64,000 nt of DNA, taken from Lama guanicoe. Lineage: Eukaryota. The translations under genes were made by a program, and so were the position numbers. Within the stretch, counting starts at the first letter, position 1. Each line of letters begins with the position of its first letter. The notes beneath the pieces are model-generated. The model searched no databases, was not told where the DNA came from, and was given only the letters and a program-made list of their open reading frames with translations. The stretch covers positions 3,993,371 through 4,057,370 of the forward strand of contig MU054338.1 in NCBI GenBank assembly GCA_013239625.1. The letters are read 5' to 3'. Positions 48,401-60,920 of the stretch are shown here, one piece after another.

Positions 48401-48669
48401 GCAACTTGCTCATCACCTTTGTGGAGGAAGGAAACACCCTGCGCGCCCAGATGTCCCAGGAACCCAAGACTTGCTGTGATGGCCAGAACCATACCTGGTG
48501 AACAGTGGCAGGTGCCAGTGGTGTGGGAGAGGGGCACACGGGGGTTCTTGGGGATTCAGAATCTGACAAGCACATTTGACTTCCGATGTCAGTGTGACAT
48601 TCAGGCATATCTCACAGGGAGCTGGATTCACCACAAACACACACTTTGGCCTTGAGGTCCCTCAGGAGC

Positions 48670-50220
48670 TTTTTCTATTGCATTTCCTAACTGGTTGCTG
48701 CTGGTGCACAAGAAAGTCACTGGGTTTTGAATATTAATTTTTTACCCAGTCAGCTTACAGAACTGTTTTTATTTCTAATAGCTGTTGGTTGATTGAACAG
48801 TCTAGGTAGCTGATCACATTATTTGCAAAAGGGCAACGTTGTCTGTTTCCAGTCTTTATTCCTCTCACTTCTTTTTTTTATCTTACTGCGTTGGGTAAGG
48901 CCCTCCAGATCAGCGCTGACTGGTAGCAGCGACAGTTGGTGTCTCTGTCTTACTTCTAACTTCACGGAAACTCTGCCAGTGCTTTTGCTGTTACTGTTAA
49001 GTATAATATTTATTGTGTAGTTCTGGTAGGTATCCTTTATCAAGATAAGGAAATGTCTTCCATTTCTTCTTTGCTAAGGGATTTTCATTTAATAGTGGAT
49101 ATTTCATCAAATTCTATCTTGAGGAGATTATACAGTTTTTCACTCTTGTTCCTTAAATTCATTGTAACCCACGCTGATAGATTTAATTAAATGTTGAATA
49201 ACTTTTGCATTGCTATCATAAACCCCACATGGCCTTTCAAAATTGTGAAACACATCTTGTGTATAAAATAACACACAAAACATTTTGATGTATAATTAAC
49301 GCAGAATTTAACGAATAGCAGTAAGTTTCTGTGTACCTACTTCACTTTATGAAATAGAGCATCACTAGTAACTTAGAAGCCCTCTGTGTCCTCCCTTTTC
49401 CTCATGCTCCTCTCTCGCCTGAATGAGGCAGCCCTACCCTGAAATGCCTGCGGAATTTTCCCTCCTAGTTTTACCACCTAAACAAGGACTAGTTAATGTT
49501 GCCTGTTTGTGAACTTCATACAAATAAAATCATCACTGCCACCTGCTTCTCCATCAGCATCATGGCCAGGAGAGGCATCCAAGTTTTTGTGTATGTTCCT
49601 ACACTTCCATCACTGCATCGTATGCCATAATGGACCTGCATTCACTCTCCTGTTGACAGACATTTGGGCTGTTTCCATTTTGAGGTTCTTGTGAATACTG
49701 CCACTTGTCCTTGTCTCCCGGGGCAGACACGCAAGAGTTTCTCTTGGGTGTATGTATCTGAGAGTGGAAATGCTAAGTCAGGGACACGCACGTGTTCATT
49801 TTTAACCATTAACACCACTCTGCTCTCCCAACAAGGCATGCCATCTTTAGCTCCCCCAGCAGCGAAGGAGAGCGCCCACTCTTCCTCTCCAGCATCTGAT
49901 GCATTTTTGCAAGTCGGCTGGAAGTGAAAGGATGTCTCATTGTGGTTTTAATGTGCGTTTCCCTGACTACCAAGGAGCCTGAGCATCTTGTCCTGGGTCT
50001 ATAGCTCATTCACCTTTCCTGTTCTGGGAATTGTCTGCTCCTGGTTTGCCCCTATCTCCCAGGGGATTGTCTTTTTTTAAAAAAAACAAAGGAGGAGGTC
50101 TTTGCATATTCTGTATGTGAATTCTTCCCTGAGATATAAACACAGCAAATATTTTGTCTTGGTCAGCAATTTGATTTGCTACTTTCTGACGTCTTGATAA
50201 ACAGACATTCTTCATCTGGT
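48670..50220 (-). mobile_element. Highly degraded L1M (L1ME-like) fragments
   Basis: T-rich L1 ORF2-like segments (TCTCATTGTGGTTTTAATGTGCGTTTCCCTGAC). The minus-strand ORF fragment at 48819-49043 weakly resembles the RT region. Confidence 0.6.
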
Positions 50221-51005
50221 CAAGATTCTTTTAATCCACAGCTGGATTCGACCTCAGCTTTTGGAGAAGGATCATATCATCCCCACTTACAAGCTGCTCA
50301 CGAATGATGAGTTGGTCGCAGGATCAGAGAGAGAGAACTCCGCTGTGACCACAGGCAAGCGCACCTTGCCGTGTTCTAGTCTCCTCATTGGTAAAATGGG
50401 GGACAGCAACGGTAGCAACCTGGAAGGGGTGCTGTGAAGATTACACAAGTCCGCGCACGCAAGCCCCTCAGAGGCGTGCCTGCAGAGAGACCCACATCAC
50501 CCTCTTTTAGTGCAGTTGTCCTTTGGTATTAACCACAGTTTAGCTCTTGCTGGTTTTACAGGGAGCCTCTCAGCCCAAGAACACAGGGAAGTGTCTCTCT
50601 TTGGAGGGCTCCAGGCACTACTTCTGTGTATAGAAAAGGCTCTAACCGTGCTTGCTGGTTTCATATTGTAACTGCCTCGTCTAGGCTAAGCTTTCTCAGT
50701 GTCGGTGCTTTTGACCTTTGGGGTCGAATAACTCTTGGTGTGGGGTGCTCTCCTGGCCACTGTAGGATGTTTAGCATCATCCCCAGCCCCTCCCCACTAG
50801 ATGCCAGGAGCCTCTACCCCCAACTTGTGACAACTGAAACTGTCTCCAGACACTGCCGCGTATCCTCGGGGGCGATCCACTGGTTGAGATCCATAGGTGT
50901 ACTGAATCAATTATTTAGGTCTGTATTCATTCAGCTAATATTGACTGAACCCCTTTGTGTACCAGGCATCCTAGGTGTTAGGGATACAATGATCAATAAG
51001 ACAGT

Positions 51006-51006
<1 letters not shown>

Positions 51007-51044
<38 letters not shown>

Positions 51045-51056
51045 GTACACACACAT
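51007..51056. repeat. (CA)n microsatellite
   Basis: CA run with short interruptions. Confidence 0.9.
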
Positions 51057-51609
51057 TTCAAAGCCAAATCCTGCAATGTAGGGAGAGAAGGTGGAAGGAG
51101 AGGGTGGAGGGTTTGGCTCAGCCTGGGATAACACAGGATGTTTTCCCTGAATGGACTCAAACAGAGGCTGAGTTTGGGGAGGAAGTGATAGATGAAGATG
51201 AGTGAGAACAGTGTTTGGAGCAGAACAGACAGCAAGTGCAAAGGCTCTGAGATGCCAAGGAGCTTGGAGTGTGTGGAGGGTAGAGAGAAGGTCCCAGGAG
51301 CTGGAGTTGAGGCGATGGGGGTGAGTGGCATGAGGCGGGGCTGTCTCTGTATTTCTTCACCTCTACATGCCCCTAGTTGCCTGGAGACCAGCCACAATGC
51401 ACACTTCTATACCCGGAAGATGCCGAGCTGCTTCCCACCTCACGGCCTTTGCACCCCTTCCCTGGAACACTCCTTTCCAGTAGGACGCCTCATCCTTCAG
51501 GTCTCAGCTCAGATGTCATCTCCTCTGAGAGGCCCTCCTGACCACCCCAGTGCTCTCTACCGGAGTGCCCTGTTCTATTGTCTCCATTCTGGGCATCACC
51601 AATCTGAAT

Positions 51610-52170
51610 TTTCTTTTTTGTCATCGAAGGGAGACCCAAAGCACACAAAACTCCCCATTTTAGAGTGCACAGCTCGGTGGCACCCAGTACATCCACAATG
51701 ATGTGCAACCTTTCCCCCACCTTGCTCCAAAATATTTTCAGCACCCCAAAAAGGAAGCCATACAGTCATTAGCCATCCTTCTCCATCCCCAGCTCCTGGC
51801 AACCAGGGATCCACACTCTGTCTGTGGACTGGCCTGTTCTGAACGTTTCACATGAAGATAATCACACACTGTGGGACCTTTTGTGTCTGGTTCTCTCACT
51901 GAGCATCACGTTCTCAAGGTCCATCCACGTGGTAGCAAGTGTCAGTGCTTCTCCCCTTTTTGGAGCAAAATCATGCTCCACTGAGTGAAAGGACCACATT
52001 TTGTCCATCCATTCATCCACTAATGGGCGTCTGGGCTGTCTCCACCTTTCGGCCACTGTAAACTGTGCTGCCGTGGACGCGGCTGTGCACTCCTGGTGTT
52101 TTTCACACAGCTTTAGAATATTCCACCATATGGAGATTCCACAGTGCGTATTACCAAGTCCCCTGTTGCT
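51610..52170 (-). mobile_element. L1M 3' fragment
   Basis: Minus-strand ORF contains EALTLATTWMDLENVMLSER (ORF2p C-terminus-like). Confidence 0.8.
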
Positions 52171-52579
52171 GGATGCTTGCATTCCCTCCTTCCTGCCGCT
52201 GCTCGGTGTTGCAGTGGCCAGCCTCTGTAGTCTAAGTACCCGTCAGGTGAGTCATTCTTTGGTGTTTCCAGTTTACTTTGGTTTGTCTTCAGCTGGGAGT
52301 TCTAGTCCTGATTTTATTTTATTATTTTTGTGGAAACAGATAGCTCCTGAAAGTCCTTTATGGTAGCCCCAAACAGCCTGTCATGGTGCCTGGCCTGAGG
52401 TAGCCCTTTTATTACATGTTTGTTAATTTTTTATATTTCATCATAAATTTCACTTTGGAGTAGGGGTATACAATTCTGGTACATAGTACACCTTTTCTTT
52501 TTTAGTATGCCAAAGGAAACCTTTATTTATGAAACATTAATTGAGCAGAGGAAATTTTTCTCTTTTTTCCCCCTTTTTT

Positions 52580-53290
52580 AATCCTTATTTTTTATTGAAC
52601 TGTAATCGATTTACAATGTTAGTTTCAGGTGTACAGCAAAGTGATTCAGTTATACATCTACATGCATACATATGTATTTTTTCAGTTTCTTATCCATTAT
52701 GGTTCATTACAAGAAACTGAATATAGTCCCTGTGCTATACAGTAGGTCCTTGTCATTTTTATATATAGTAACGTATGCTGTTAATCACAGACTCCCAATC
52801 TATCGCTCCCACCACTGGCCCCCTCGGTAACCAGTTTGTTTTCTATGTCCGTGAATCTATTTCTGATTTGTAAATAAAATCTGTGTATTTTTTTAGATTC
52901 CACACATAAGCGAGATCATATGATACTTGTCTTTCTCTGTCTGACTTATTTCACTTAATATGATAATCTCTAGGTCTATCTGTGTTGTTGTAAGTGGCAT
53001 TATTTCATTCTTTTCTATGGCTGAGTAGTATTCCATTGTATAAATTATACCACAACTTCCTTATCCAGTCATCTGACGATGGACATCTGGGCTGTTTGCA
53101 TGTCTTGGCTATTGTACATAGTGCTGCTATGAACACTGGGGTGCATGTATCTTTTTTAAATTAGAGTTTTCTCCGGATATATGCCCAGGAGTGGGATTGC
53201 TGGATCACATGGTAAGTTTATTTTTAGTTTTTTAAAGGAATCTCCACCCTGTCCTCCACAGTAGCTGCACCAATTTACATTCCCACCAAT
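52580..53290 (-). mobile_element. Relatively young L1 3' fragment (artiodactyl/camelid-type)
   Basis: Typical L1 3' UTR / ORF2-end sequence (GTTTCAGGTGTACAGCAAAGTGATTCAG…GGGATTGCTGGATCA…CCAATTTACATTCCCACCAA) with a poly-T head. Flanking GAAATTTT(T)CTCTTT at 52551 and 53291 is a likely TSD. Confidence 0.85.
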
Positions 53291-54173
53291 GAAATTTTCT
53301 CTTTAGGCTGATAGAATAAAAATATAGCTGACTATAAAAATGCTCTCGCCAAGTAACACATATTTGGAAAAGTGATGAAGACTTTCCAACAATTAACATG
53401 TAACTGACATGTTACGCACAAGACGTGAGTCTGTATCAAAAATGAGATGCTACAGGTCATGTTATTTTCCCCTTATATTTTACCTCCAGCAATACCTGAA
53501 GGCCCCATGGATTAGTCAGAAAGTATTTTTAAATTCTCCATTTAAAATATAATACTTTTTTTCCCCACATATCGTAGAATTCTTTTTTTTTTTTTGGTAG
53601 ACAGTTCTATGAATTCTGACAAATGCTTAGACTCATAAAACCAACAACACAGGCCGTTTCCCATTCCCACTCCCCAAATTCCTTCATGTGCCCCCATCAA
53701 CTCCACTTCCCACTTCAGCCCCTAGCAACCACAGATCTGCTCTGTGTCACGACAGTTTTGCCTTTTCCAGAAAGTCATGTAAGTGGAATGACAGAGTAGG
53801 CGGGCTTTGCGTCTGGCTGCTTGCACTCTGCGTCATGCCTCTGAGACTCACTCAAATTGTTGCATCAGTAGTTTGCTCCTCTCTGTGGCTGAGTTTTGCT
53901 GTGTGGATGTACCACAGGGAAGGGACGGGGCAGGTCAGGCTGGGCCTTGTGGGCGGTGGGGAGGACGTGGGCTTCTGCCCTGAGGGAGGTGGGAGCCCTG
54001 GAGGGCTGTGGGCAGAGGAGGGTCACGGTCATACCAACATTTCACTTTATTCTTATTTTTTACAGTTTTTATTATGGGATGTTTCAAACACACAAAAAAA
54101 CAGAGCTGGCAGTGTCACGAGCCACCCACAGCCCACAACGCACCCACTGCCTGGCTCCAGTGACTGTCAGCGT

Positions 54174-54300
54174 GGGGGAGGGTGGAGCTCAGTGGTAGAG
54201 CGAGTGCTTAGCATGCACGAGGTCCTGGCTTCAATCCCTAGTTCCTGCATTAAAAATAAATATATAATCCTAATTACCCGTCCAAAATTTTTTTAAAATA
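54174..54300 (+). mobile_element. tRNA-Ala-derived SINE
   Basis: GGGGGAGGGTGGAGCTCAGTGGTAGAGCGAGTGCTTAGCATGCACGAGGTCC. Short ACTGTCA flanking duplication. Confidence 0.88.
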
Positions 54301-55124
54301 CAACTGTCAACATGGAGTTGATCTTGTTTATTTCCATGCCCTCACACCCCTGCTGGATGCTTTAAAGCCAACCCTACCCAGCACATTACTCCAGGTTTCA
54401 ATGCCTTAGCGACAAGGATTCCCTTCTCTAACTGAGTCCCAGAGCCACTGTCCCACTCTAAAAAGCATCCCTTCTTCATGTCACCCGAGATCCAGGCAGT
54501 GTTCAGGTCCCCCACTGCCTCACAAACGTCTTGTTTGCATTAGGATCCAGCTGGCACCTATGCAGGGCACAGATGTTGGGCCCCACCCTTGACAGACGAT
54601 CCCCGGGGCCTCGTTCGGGTTTATTTTACGATGCACCTTTTCCTAGCTACGTGCTTCCACTGAACTACAAAGCTGGCACCTGCTGGCGTGGAACTGGGTG
54701 CAGGTCCTGGGGCGCCACTCGCCAGGTGTTTGCCTGCTGTATCCCTGGTTCTGGTGGAAACACTTGGAGTTGGGAGAACACTGATCACAAATCTAGAATT
54801 TAGAACAACTGCTTGATTCTTCTATCCAGCACCTTGTTGATCATAAACAAAATAATACAGTTTTCCTCCACGGAAACCACCAAAATGTCACTTGCAATCA
54901 ATGTCAACCAGCTCTTTTGCTCCACAAATGGACAGTGGAAGGTGTCTGGAGACATCTTTCGATTCAAACAAATTGATATGTTGGATTTATGAGTTAAATT
55001 ACATGCTTAAGGGGGATCTGATTAAGGAAACATGTGTGGCCAGTGTTTTTATGTTTGGGAAATTCTGATTTGTTAAATTCACAGGCTCATTCAGCATCAC
55101 TCTTTAAGATGTTTATGCAACTCT

Positions 55125-55470
55125 ATTAGTCTGCTTGGGCCGCCATAACAAGACGCCACAGAACGGGTAGCTTAATAGAGACTTATTTTTGCTCAGTTGT
55201 GAAGGGCTGGAAGTTGGAGAGGGAGGTGTCAGGAGGCTGGTTTCCAAGAGGACTCTCTTCCAGACGGCTGCCTTTGCACTGTGCCCTCCTGTGTGGAGAC
55301 AGAGAGCTACTTTTCTCCTCTTCTCAGGACTTCAATCCTATAGGATTAGGGACCCACTCTTATGACTTCATTGGACCCCGATTACCACCCTCAAGGCTCC
55401 GTCTCCAAATACAATCACATTGGGGATTTGGGCCCCAACATACAGATCTGGGGGAACACAATTCAGCCCA
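55125..55470 (-). mobile_element. MLT1-like LTR
   Basis: TATTAGTCTGCTTGGGCCGCCATAACAA…GGATTAGGGACCCAC…CACAATTCAGCCCAT. Confidence 0.7.
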
Positions 55471-56511
55471 TGAAAATAGCTATTGACTTATGTTATGTAG
55501 ATGTCTAGGAGAAAGGTGTTTAATAGATTTAAGGATGAACACATTGAAAGTCAAGCAAGGTTAAGGAGGGATGGTTGTCCTTCGCTGTACATAAAAGGCT
55601 TCAGGCAGTCAAGCCCAGTTCATGAGTGTGTATGGGGCACGGGCAGCCTCTGGAATCTGCACTGCCCTCTACCATTGGGCTAATGACCATGTGACCTAAA
55701 GTCTGATTATTGATGAACATCCTCTAAGGCGGCTGCACTAATTCTGACCACAATATATGAGAGCACCTATTTCCCCACATCCTCACTAATATAAGGTCTT
55801 CTTCAACCTTTTTGGTCTTACTGAATCAGACAGGTGGAAATTGTGTCATATTTTCTATGGCATTTCGCTCTTGACTGAGAGGGAGCATGTTTTCCTGTTT
55901 TTAAAAGTCGTTTTAAAATTTGTTTTCAGGGAACTGCCTATTTCAAGCCCTTTGCCCATTTTCTCGTGGGTTATTAGTCTTTTTATTATTGATTCATTGG
56001 AGGTCTTTACATATTAAGGATATCAGGCCTTTATTTAATAGATATGTTGTCCTTTTTTTTTTTTCAGTTCACTGTTGACCTTTAGATTGGTGTTCTTTGC
56101 TATGAGGAAAACTAAAAACTTTTCATGTAGCAAGATTTACTCTGTTTCTCTTTTATGCCCTTTGGGTGTTCATGTTGTACCATCTTTACGGCAGCCAACC
56201 AGAGCAGAATTCTCCTGTGGGAGTTGCTTTCCTGCAGGAGACTTCAAAATGTTTTCTCATCCGTATGGGCCCGTATACACTTGGCCCCTATATTCGAGCT
56301 GTTTAAGAGTCTCTTTCGGAAACTCACAGACTACTCTGGATTTTACAACTGCTCTATGATCTGGCATACAAACCACTCTCCTCTCCTCCTAGGCCAAGGA
56401 CAGGCATGACTAATCAATCCCCGGGTATCTAGGTAGACATGGGAGTTGGCTTCAGACCTGCAACCCCTTGGCCAGTCCTGCTAAGTTCTCTACTTTGAGC
56501 CTTGCAGGACC

Positions 56512-56608
56512 ATGAAGAATGGTCTGTGTGGACCCAGAGGGGCTGAAACCCTGATAAGCCAAGACGAGGAAGCTGAGGACATGGAAGTAGAAATGAGCCA
56601 AGAACCAG
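56512..56608 (+). CDS. ACSBG2: ACSBG2 (acyl-CoA synthetase bubblegum family 2) first coding exon; exon starts at 56508
   Basis: Acceptor ttgcag|GACCATG, with ATG in ACCATGA context. Encodes MKNGLCGPRGAETLISQDEEAEDMEVEMSQEP plus 1 nt. Donor CAG|GTAAGT. Phase 1 joins the next exon in frame. The C-terminal half resembles the human N-terminus as recalled (…EGAKDLEVDMNKTE). Confidence 0.8.
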
Positions 56609-56909
56609 GTAAGTTGTGTGCAGGAGAGAAAGGTGCGCTGACTCAGCCACAGCTTTCTATGAAGGAGTCTGGGCCCAGAGAGTCCAGCCACTCCCTGCCC
56701 TCGGGGGCCAAGTCTACACTCAGTGGGGAGTGGAGGTGGCAAGAGCAAGTGGGGGACAGCTGGCCATGTCATTCAGAATGGAGCTCCGCTAGCCGCGTGA
56801 CAGTGGGCGAGTCACTTGCTCTTTCCAAGCCTCGTCTGTATCACTGGCTGGGGGTGGGGGACACTGATAACAGTACCTCCCTATTAGGATGGGGAGCCTG
56901 TGTGGGTAA

Positions 56910-57225
56910 AGCACATACATACGTAACAGTATATGTTACATATCATATGTTATATATAGTGCAGATGTAGTGTGTGTGCATATGTATGTGGCAGACACAG
57001 TAATATGTAACAGTTAACGTACTGCAGATATGATATATACAGTGAAAATTGTATCTATATAGTGCAAGTCTAATTATACACATTCATGGTGTAGATGCAA
57101 TTATACATATGGCACAGAAATAGTTATATATGGTGCAGATGTAACTGTATATACATTGGGGCAGATGTAATGATATATGTAATACAGATATGTGTATATA
57201 TAAAATATATATAATATAAACAATA
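56910..57225. repeat. TA-rich degenerate repeat (recurring GTGCAGATGTA / ATATA units) in ACSBG2 intron
   Basis: AT-rich alternating purine-pyrimidine tract with repeated GCAGATGTA / GCAGATATG motifs. Confidence 0.75.
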
Positions 57226-57657
57226 TGGAATTCTAGTTAACAATTCAAATGCTAAACGTTGATTCAAATCAAATGATCCACGTGTTGAAGAGTGCGATGG
57301 ATGGACAGAGGCAGCTTACTTTGAAATGTATCAAAAGGACCACGCTGTGAAGGTTGGATACACAGACGGATGGCTGGGTGGAGATGTGTTAAGGCACATA
57401 CAGCAAAATGCTGGCAGGTGTGGATCTGATGCTGAGTGCGAGGGCGTTTGCTATGCAATCCAACTTTTTGTGTGCTTGAGAATTTTCATAGTCAATTGTT
57501 GAGGGGGTAAGGAAGGGGTAAATAGGAGAGGGGGAGCTTGCACAGACCAGCGCTGACCATGTGACTGTGTCACTTGAGGAGTGGGGTTCTTTCAGGACAG
57601 CCCCCCACAAAGGTTATTTAATTAACAAAAGCATCTGTCACCTGACCCTGTTTGCAG

Positions 57658-57887
57658 TTACTCTAAGGCTATGGACCATTCATCGAGATGGAGAAGTCCT
57701 TCTGAGGCTATCGAAACATGGGCCAGGCCATGAGATCCCCATGACCATCCCTGAGTTTTTTCAGGAGTCAGTAAACCGATTTGGGATTTATCCAGCCCTC
57801 GCATCAAAGAAGGATGGAAAGTGGGAAATTCTGAGTTTCAATCAGTACTATGAGGCTTCTCGGAAGGCTGCGAAAGCCATGATCAAG
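57658..57887 (+). CDS. ACSBG2: ACSBG2 coding exon 2
   Basis: tttgcag|TT… (V)TLRLWTIHRDGEVLLRLSKHGPGHEIPMTIPEFFQESVNRFGIYPALASKKDGKWEILSFNQYYEASRKAAKAMIK, donor AAG|GTAAAT. 230 nt, ends in phase 0. Clear ACSBG2 similarity. Confidence 0.95.
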
Positions 57888-58194
57888 GTAAATGAGTCAT
57901 TCCTTCCTTTATTCGCTCGTTCATCCTGTATTAAGTCATTCATCTACACATATGTACAAATGGGACAAAATGCATCAGGCAACCCAAAGGTTAACTGGTG
58001 AAAAATTTCCTTCTAATCTTTGACCCCTCTTTTATGGAGGGAGACACCATTTGCAGTGTTTGTATATTCCTTTGGGGAATAAGTTATGCATATATATTAC
58101 ATAATTCTGCATATGCACATTTTCACATCCACAGTAGCATACGATACCCATGGATCTGCATCTCGCTTTTTTTCCCCACTAGCATAGTATATGT

Positions 58195-58720
58195 ATGTAT
58201 TAGTTAGCTACTGCTGCATAACAATTGCTCCAAAACTTAGTGACTCAAAAGGACACAGATTTATTATCTCTTGATTTCTACGAGTCAGGAATCCAGGAGT
58301 GATGCTGTTGGACGTTTCGGGTTCCAGAGCTCTCATGAAGTTGTAGTCAAGTTGTCAGCTGGGGCTGCATCATCTGAAGGCTTGACTGGGGCAGGAGGGT
58401 CTGCTTCTAAGCTTCTTTACAGACAGCTCTTGGCAGGAGGACTCAGTTCCTTGTTCTATGGCCTTCTTCAGAGGGTCGCTTGAGTGTCCTCAAAACATGG
58501 CAGCCTGCGTTCCCCAGAATGAGTGATCCAAAAAGAGAGGGTGAGCCGAATGGGAACTGTGATATCTTTTACAATCAAACCTCAGCAATGACATCTATCA
58601 CTTCATCCACGTTCTATTGGTTACACAGACCTTGACACAGCACAGGAAGGGATTGCACAAGGACACAAATACCAGGAGACGAGACTCACTGGGGGCCATC
58701 CTGGAGGCTGGCTGCCACAT
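58195..58720 (-). mobile_element. MLT1-like LTR
   Basis: TGTATTAGTTAGCTACTGCTGCATAACAA…GTCAGGAATCCAGG…GGGGCCATCCTGGAGGCTGGCTGCCACA. Confidence 0.7.
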
Positions 58721-58954
58721 TCGGAGATCCTTCCATATTGACTTATTTTTTTTAATCCATGTTCTTTTCAACTGCAAACACACGTATAACAGTAGTGACT
58801 ACCATACATGGTGCCACAGTGGACCTCCTTTGTACAGTGAATTCCTACAAAAGAGTGCCCCTTTATGGTCACTGACAGCATGTGTGAGCATCTCCTTACT
58901 TATATTCTTACCAACATCATCACTGTCAAATGTTCATCTGGGCCAATCTGACAG

Positions 58955-59565
58955 GCGTACTAGGCAGAATTCTCAGGTGACTCCTCTGAGATTTCCACCC
59001 CTTGGTGTATTTATGCTGTACAATCCTCTCCCTGTGACTGTGGGCAGGACTTGTGACTATGATGGGATCTCCCTCCTGTGGTGGCAAAGGCGAAGAGACT
59101 TCTGCAGATGTAACTGAGGTCTCTAATCAGTTGACTTCAAGTTCATCAGAAAGGGCAGGTGCTCTGGTTGGACCTGACCTAATCAGGCGATCCATTAAGA
59201 GAAATTTTCCTGTTGTCCTTGAAGCACACTGCCATGTCACGGAGCAGGCCAGGTAGCAGGGAAGGCATACAGCCTCCAGGAACTGACAGCAGTCTTCAGC
59301 TGACGACTAGCAAGAGAACAGGATTTTAGCCATTCCATCACTGGGAAATGAATTCCACAGGCAACCTGCAAGCTTCAGGTTGCAGGGGCCCCCAAGCTTC
59401 AGAGGAGATCACAGTCCCCACTGATACCCTGACTGCAGCTTTGAGAGAGGCAGAGAACCCAGTTATTCTGCCCCTAGGCTCCTGGCCCTGTAGAAACTGA
59501 GACAACAAATGTGTGATGCTTTAAGCTGCTCTATCTGTGGTGATGTGTTATGCAGTCACAGATGA
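58955..59565 (+). mobile_element. MLT1-like LTR
   Basis: AGGCAGAATTCTCAGGTGAC…CTTCTGCAGATGTAACTGAGG…AAACTGAGACAACAAATGTGTGATGCTTTAAGCTG. Confidence 0.65.
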
Positions 59566-60279
59566 TGAATATAACAGGCATCTCATACTATAAAAGGGTA
59601 TCTCCTGGTGGTTTTGATTTATAAGAAATCTGATCACATTTTGACCAACACCTGAGTTTCTCTCTCCCCTCCTCTGATGCTCATGGGTCTTCATCGAAGG
59701 ACTGTGAGAGGTCAGAATTAAGAACCATCTGCTTGGGCTGGGTTTCTTCTTGGCTGCCCCACCCCAATGCCCTAGTGCCCTGGTTAGTTCACCTCTTCTG
59801 AAAGACAATCCTCTTTAGCTCTGCCCTCAGTTCCGGAGTTCCAGGGCCCTTGCTCTCCTAAACCTTGGACATCCAATCAGAAATAAGTCTTATCTGCACG
59901 TTAGTAAAGACACTCTGTTGACACTCTGTCTACAATGAAGACAGCCTCTGTGTCACTAAGCAGAAACACTTGGCATTGTGTTCTGAAGCATCAGCAGGCA
60001 GATGCCTTCCAAATGCTTATGTTTTTCCTGAGAACAGCAGGCCATTGCCAGCCTTGCCCCAGATGACTAAAAGAGCCAACAAAATTGGAATTTCCAGGAC
60101 AGAAGGGGGCCCTTCCCCTACGATGATCACCTGCATGTCCAAGTTTCCCAGTTCATCCTCAACCACGTTCAGATCAAGGTTATACCTTTAAAAGTAATTT
60201 ATCACCACTATAGGGTATCATTCTTTGAGTACTATTATTCAAAATAAAAATGAATTCAATAGGAGGGCTTAAAAAAAAA

Positions 60280-60920
60280 GAACAAAATAACAAGTGCTGG
60301 TGAGGATATGGAGACACTGGAGCCCTCATGCACTATTGGTGGGACCCTGCAAGACAGTCTGGGTAATTTTGTAACAGTCTCACAAAATTCGACTCAGAAT
60401 TACCATATATGATCCAGCAATTCCACTTCTGGGTACGTACCCCAAAGAATGGAAAACAGGAACTCAGATAGATATTTGGACACTCATGTTAATAGCAACA
60501 ATGTTCACAAGAGCCAAAAGATGGAAGCAACCCAAGTGCCCATAGATGGATGAATAAACAAAATATGGTCTGTTCATATAATGGAATGTTAGCCTTAAAA
60601 TGGGGTGAAGTTCTGACTCATGCTAAACATGGATGAAGTGGGAACATTATACTAAGTGAAAGAAGCCAGATATAAAAGATGAATATATGATTCCACTTAT
60701 AAAAGGTCCCCAGAGGAGTCAAATTCACAGAGACAGAAAGTAGACAGTCGGGGCCCAGGGCTGGGAGAGGGGCATGGAGAGTCAGTGTTTCATGGGGACA
60801 GAGTTTTGATATGGGAAGATGAGGAAGTTCTGGAGACAGATGGAGGGGATGGTTGCACAACAAACTGAATGTGCTTAATGAACTGAACGGTACACTTAAA
60901 TCATTAAAAATAAAATGCAT
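60280..60920 (+). mobile_element. L1M (L1MB-like) 3' fragment in ACSBG2 intron
   Basis: AACAAGTGCTGGTGAGGAT…GATCCAGCAATTCCACTTCTGGG…GATGGTTGCACAAC. Confidence 0.85.

Noticed and set aside
53688..54296. 202-aa ORF upstream of ACSBG2
   Set aside because: A chimera of L1M, L2-like and SINE sequence, open by chance.
56609..56970. Extension of ACSBG2 ORFs past splice donors (also 57888-58001, 61688-61920, 62042-62110)
   Set aside because: Intronic read-through of the ORF track. Similarity to ACSBG2 stops exactly at the canonical GT/AG sites.
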